The notes under the pieces: generated by a model
Told to the model about the DNA's origin: nothing
Seen by the model: the letters and a program-made list of their open reading frames with translations, nothing else
The model's database searches: none
Made by a program: the position numbers and the translations under genes
In this document: positions 61,446 through 64,000 of the stretch, piece after piece
Layout: each line of letters opens with the position of its first letter
Numbering within the stretch: the first letter of the stretch is position 1
NCBI RefSeq assembly: GCF_009914755.1
Contig: NC_060944.1
DNA from: the human T2T-CHM13v2.0 reference genome, Homo sapiens
Reading direction: 5' to 3' (one strand)
DNA length: 64,000 nucleotides

Positions 61446-61677
61446 CTTAGTGACAATAATGAGACTTCTTCCAAGGGTAAGTGACTCAATCCAGTTACCA
61501 TTTCATGACAATGGAAGGTATGCAAACATATACACAAACAAAATCAGCAGAACATGATCACACTAATTTTGCTATCATTACCAGGAAACAATGAAACAAA
61601 ATTAATTTCCCATCTTAATACTCTAGCTTTATTTCAGCTGTCTGCAGACATGTATGCACTAGCTTCCCTTTGGACAC

Positions 61678-63285
61678 TCTTTTTTTAAAAAAATGAGGTG
61701 ACATGGACATAATTTAAAAGTAACCATTTTAATGTGAACAATTTAGTGGCATTTTGTACATTCATAATGTTGTGCAACAACCACCCTTACTAATTTTAAA
61801 ACATTTTCCTCACCCTAAAAGGAAAACCTGTACCCATTAAGCAATTGCTCCCTATTTCTCCCACCTCTGGCACCACCAATTTTATGTTCTGTATCCTGGA
61901 TTTACCTATTCTGGCCACTTCACATAAATATAACTACACAATACATAACCTGTTGTGTCTGGCTTTTTTTACTTAGCATAATATTTTCAAGACTCATCCA
62001 CATTGTATCAGGCATCAGTACTTTGACTGGATAATATTCCATTGTATGTGTATAGCACAAGTGGTTTATCCATTCATATACTGATGAACATTTGGGCTGT
62101 TTCCACTTTTTGGCTATTGTTAACAGTGCTGTTATAAATGTACATGTGCATGTATTTGTTTGAGTACTTGTTTTCATTTCTAGAAGTAGAATTGATGAAT
62201 CATATGGTAATTCTACATTTAACTCTTTGAGAAACTGCCCAAGTCACTGTCAGAATGGCTGAACCATTTTACATGCTCACCAGCAATGCACAAGGCTTCC
62301 ATTTTCTCCACATCCATGCTGAAATTCATTCTTTTCTTTTCTTTTTTTTGAATTATAGCCATTCTGGTGAGTGTGAAGCAGTAACTCATCGTAGTTTTGA
62401 TTTCTCTTGTGACTTATGCTGTTGAACATCTTCTCATGTGCCTATTGCCCATTTGTGTATCTACTTTGTCTGTCAATCCTTTGTCCATTTTAAAATTGGA
62501 TTGTTTGTATTTTGGTTATCAAAATGTAAAAGTTTTTATACAGTCTAAATACTAGACCCTTACCAGATATATAATTTGAAGATATTTCTCCCATTCTGTA
62601 GGCTATATTTTCACTTTCTTATTAATTTCCTTTGACCCAAAAAAGTTTTAAATTTTGATATAGTTTAATTAATTTATTTATTTTACTTTTGTTGCTTTGG
62701 CTTTCAGCATTTTATCTAAGAATCTATTCTCAAATCAAAGTCATGGAAATTTACCCCTATGTTTTTCTCTGTCTATTTAGATTTTTGATCTATTTTTGAG
62801 TGAATTTTTGCCTATGGTGTGAGGTAAGGATCCAACTTTACTTTTTTGTAGGTGGCTGTCCAGTTGTTTCATCATTATTTGTTGAAGAAACTATTATTTC
62901 CCCACTTATTAGTCATGGAACTCTTGTCAAAAATCAATTGGCCATAGACATATGGATTACTTTGGACTCTCTATTTTATTCCATTGGTCTATATGTCTAT
63001 CCTCATGCTAGTGTCATTGTTCTGATTTCTGTTGTTTTGCAATAACTTTAGACATTAGGAAGTGTGAGTCTTCCAACTTTGTTCTCCTTTACTAAGATTG
63101 TTTTCACTATTTAGGACACTTTACAATTCCGTACATATTTAAAGGTAAGCTTTTTCATTTCTCTAGTAAAGACCATTTAAATTTTGATATCAATTTTTGT
63201 GTTGGATATATAGATCAATTTATGAAGTTTAAAAATATCTATTTAAAAAATAAGTTTCTAATTCATGAACATGGGGTACTTTCCA
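61678..63285 (-). mobile_element. L1MB-like 3' region
   Basis: L1MB 3'UTR; ORF2 remnant at 61920-62177. Confidence 0.85.
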
Positions 63286-64000
63286 TTTCTTTTTATTATT
63301 ACTATTATACTTTAAGTCCTAGGGTACATGTGCACAACGTGCACATCTGTTACATATGTATACATGTGTCATGTTGCTGTGCTGCACCCACTGACTCGTC
63401 ATTTACATTAGGTATTCCTGCTAATGCTATCCCTCCCCCATATCCCCCCCCCCATGACAGGTCCTGGTGTATAATGTTCCCCACCCTGTGTCCAAGTGTT
63501 CTCATTGTTCAATTCTCATCTATGAGTGAGAACATGCGGTGTTTGGTTTTCTGTCCTTGCAATAGTTTGCTCAGAATGATGGTTTCCAGCTTCATCCATG
63601 TCCCTACAAAGGACATGAACTCATCCTTTTTTATGGCTGCATAGTATTCCATGGTGTACATGTGCCACATTTTCTTAAACCAGTTTATCATTGATAGACA
63701 TTTGGGTTGGCTACAAGTCTTTGCTATTGTGAATAGTGCTGCAATAAACATACATGTGCATGTATATTTATAGTAGCATGATTTATAATCCTTTGGGTAC
63801 ATACCCAGTAATGGGATCTCTGGGTCAAATGGTATTTCTAGTTCTAGATCCTTGAGGAATCACTACTCTGTTTTCCACAATGGTTGAACTAGTTTACACT
63901 CCCCGAACAGTGTAAAAGTGTTCCTAATTCTCCACATCCTCTCCAGCACCTGTTGTTTCCTGACTTTTTAATGATTGCCATTCTAACTGGTGTGAGATGT
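63286..64000 (-). mobile_element. L1PA (L1PA5-7-like) 3' end, inserted at/in the L1MB; runs off window end
   Basis: ORF 63509-63802 is the ORF2 C-terminus; L1PA 3'UTR. Confidence 0.93.

Overview
Primate (human/ape-like) non-coding DNA dominated by interspersed repeats: L1, Alu, MIR, L2, MaLR LTRs, hAT and mariner DNA-transposon fossils, and microsatellites. I recognise no host protein-coding exon, RNA gene or CpG island. Almost every ORF in the track is L1-, Alu- or STR-derived or chance. Repeat subfamily names come from recalled consensus sequences, not a database search, and boundaries of old repeats are approximate. I found no new gene system; the notable content is structural. (1) A full-length, inactivated L1PA3/4-type element (25519-31678, minus) has its real 15-bp target-site duplication outside a second poly(A) tail, so it carries a ~227-bp 3' transduction from another locus. 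(2) A ~265-bp, ~91% identical inverted duplication (52533-52798 / 54041-54305) sits beside a second locally copied tract. (3) A chain of inverted segments with duplicated junctions lies at 38.6-39.0 kb. (4) An end-to-end L1PB element lacks ~2 kb internally. (5) A Zaphod-like hAT fossil still shows readable transposase motifs.
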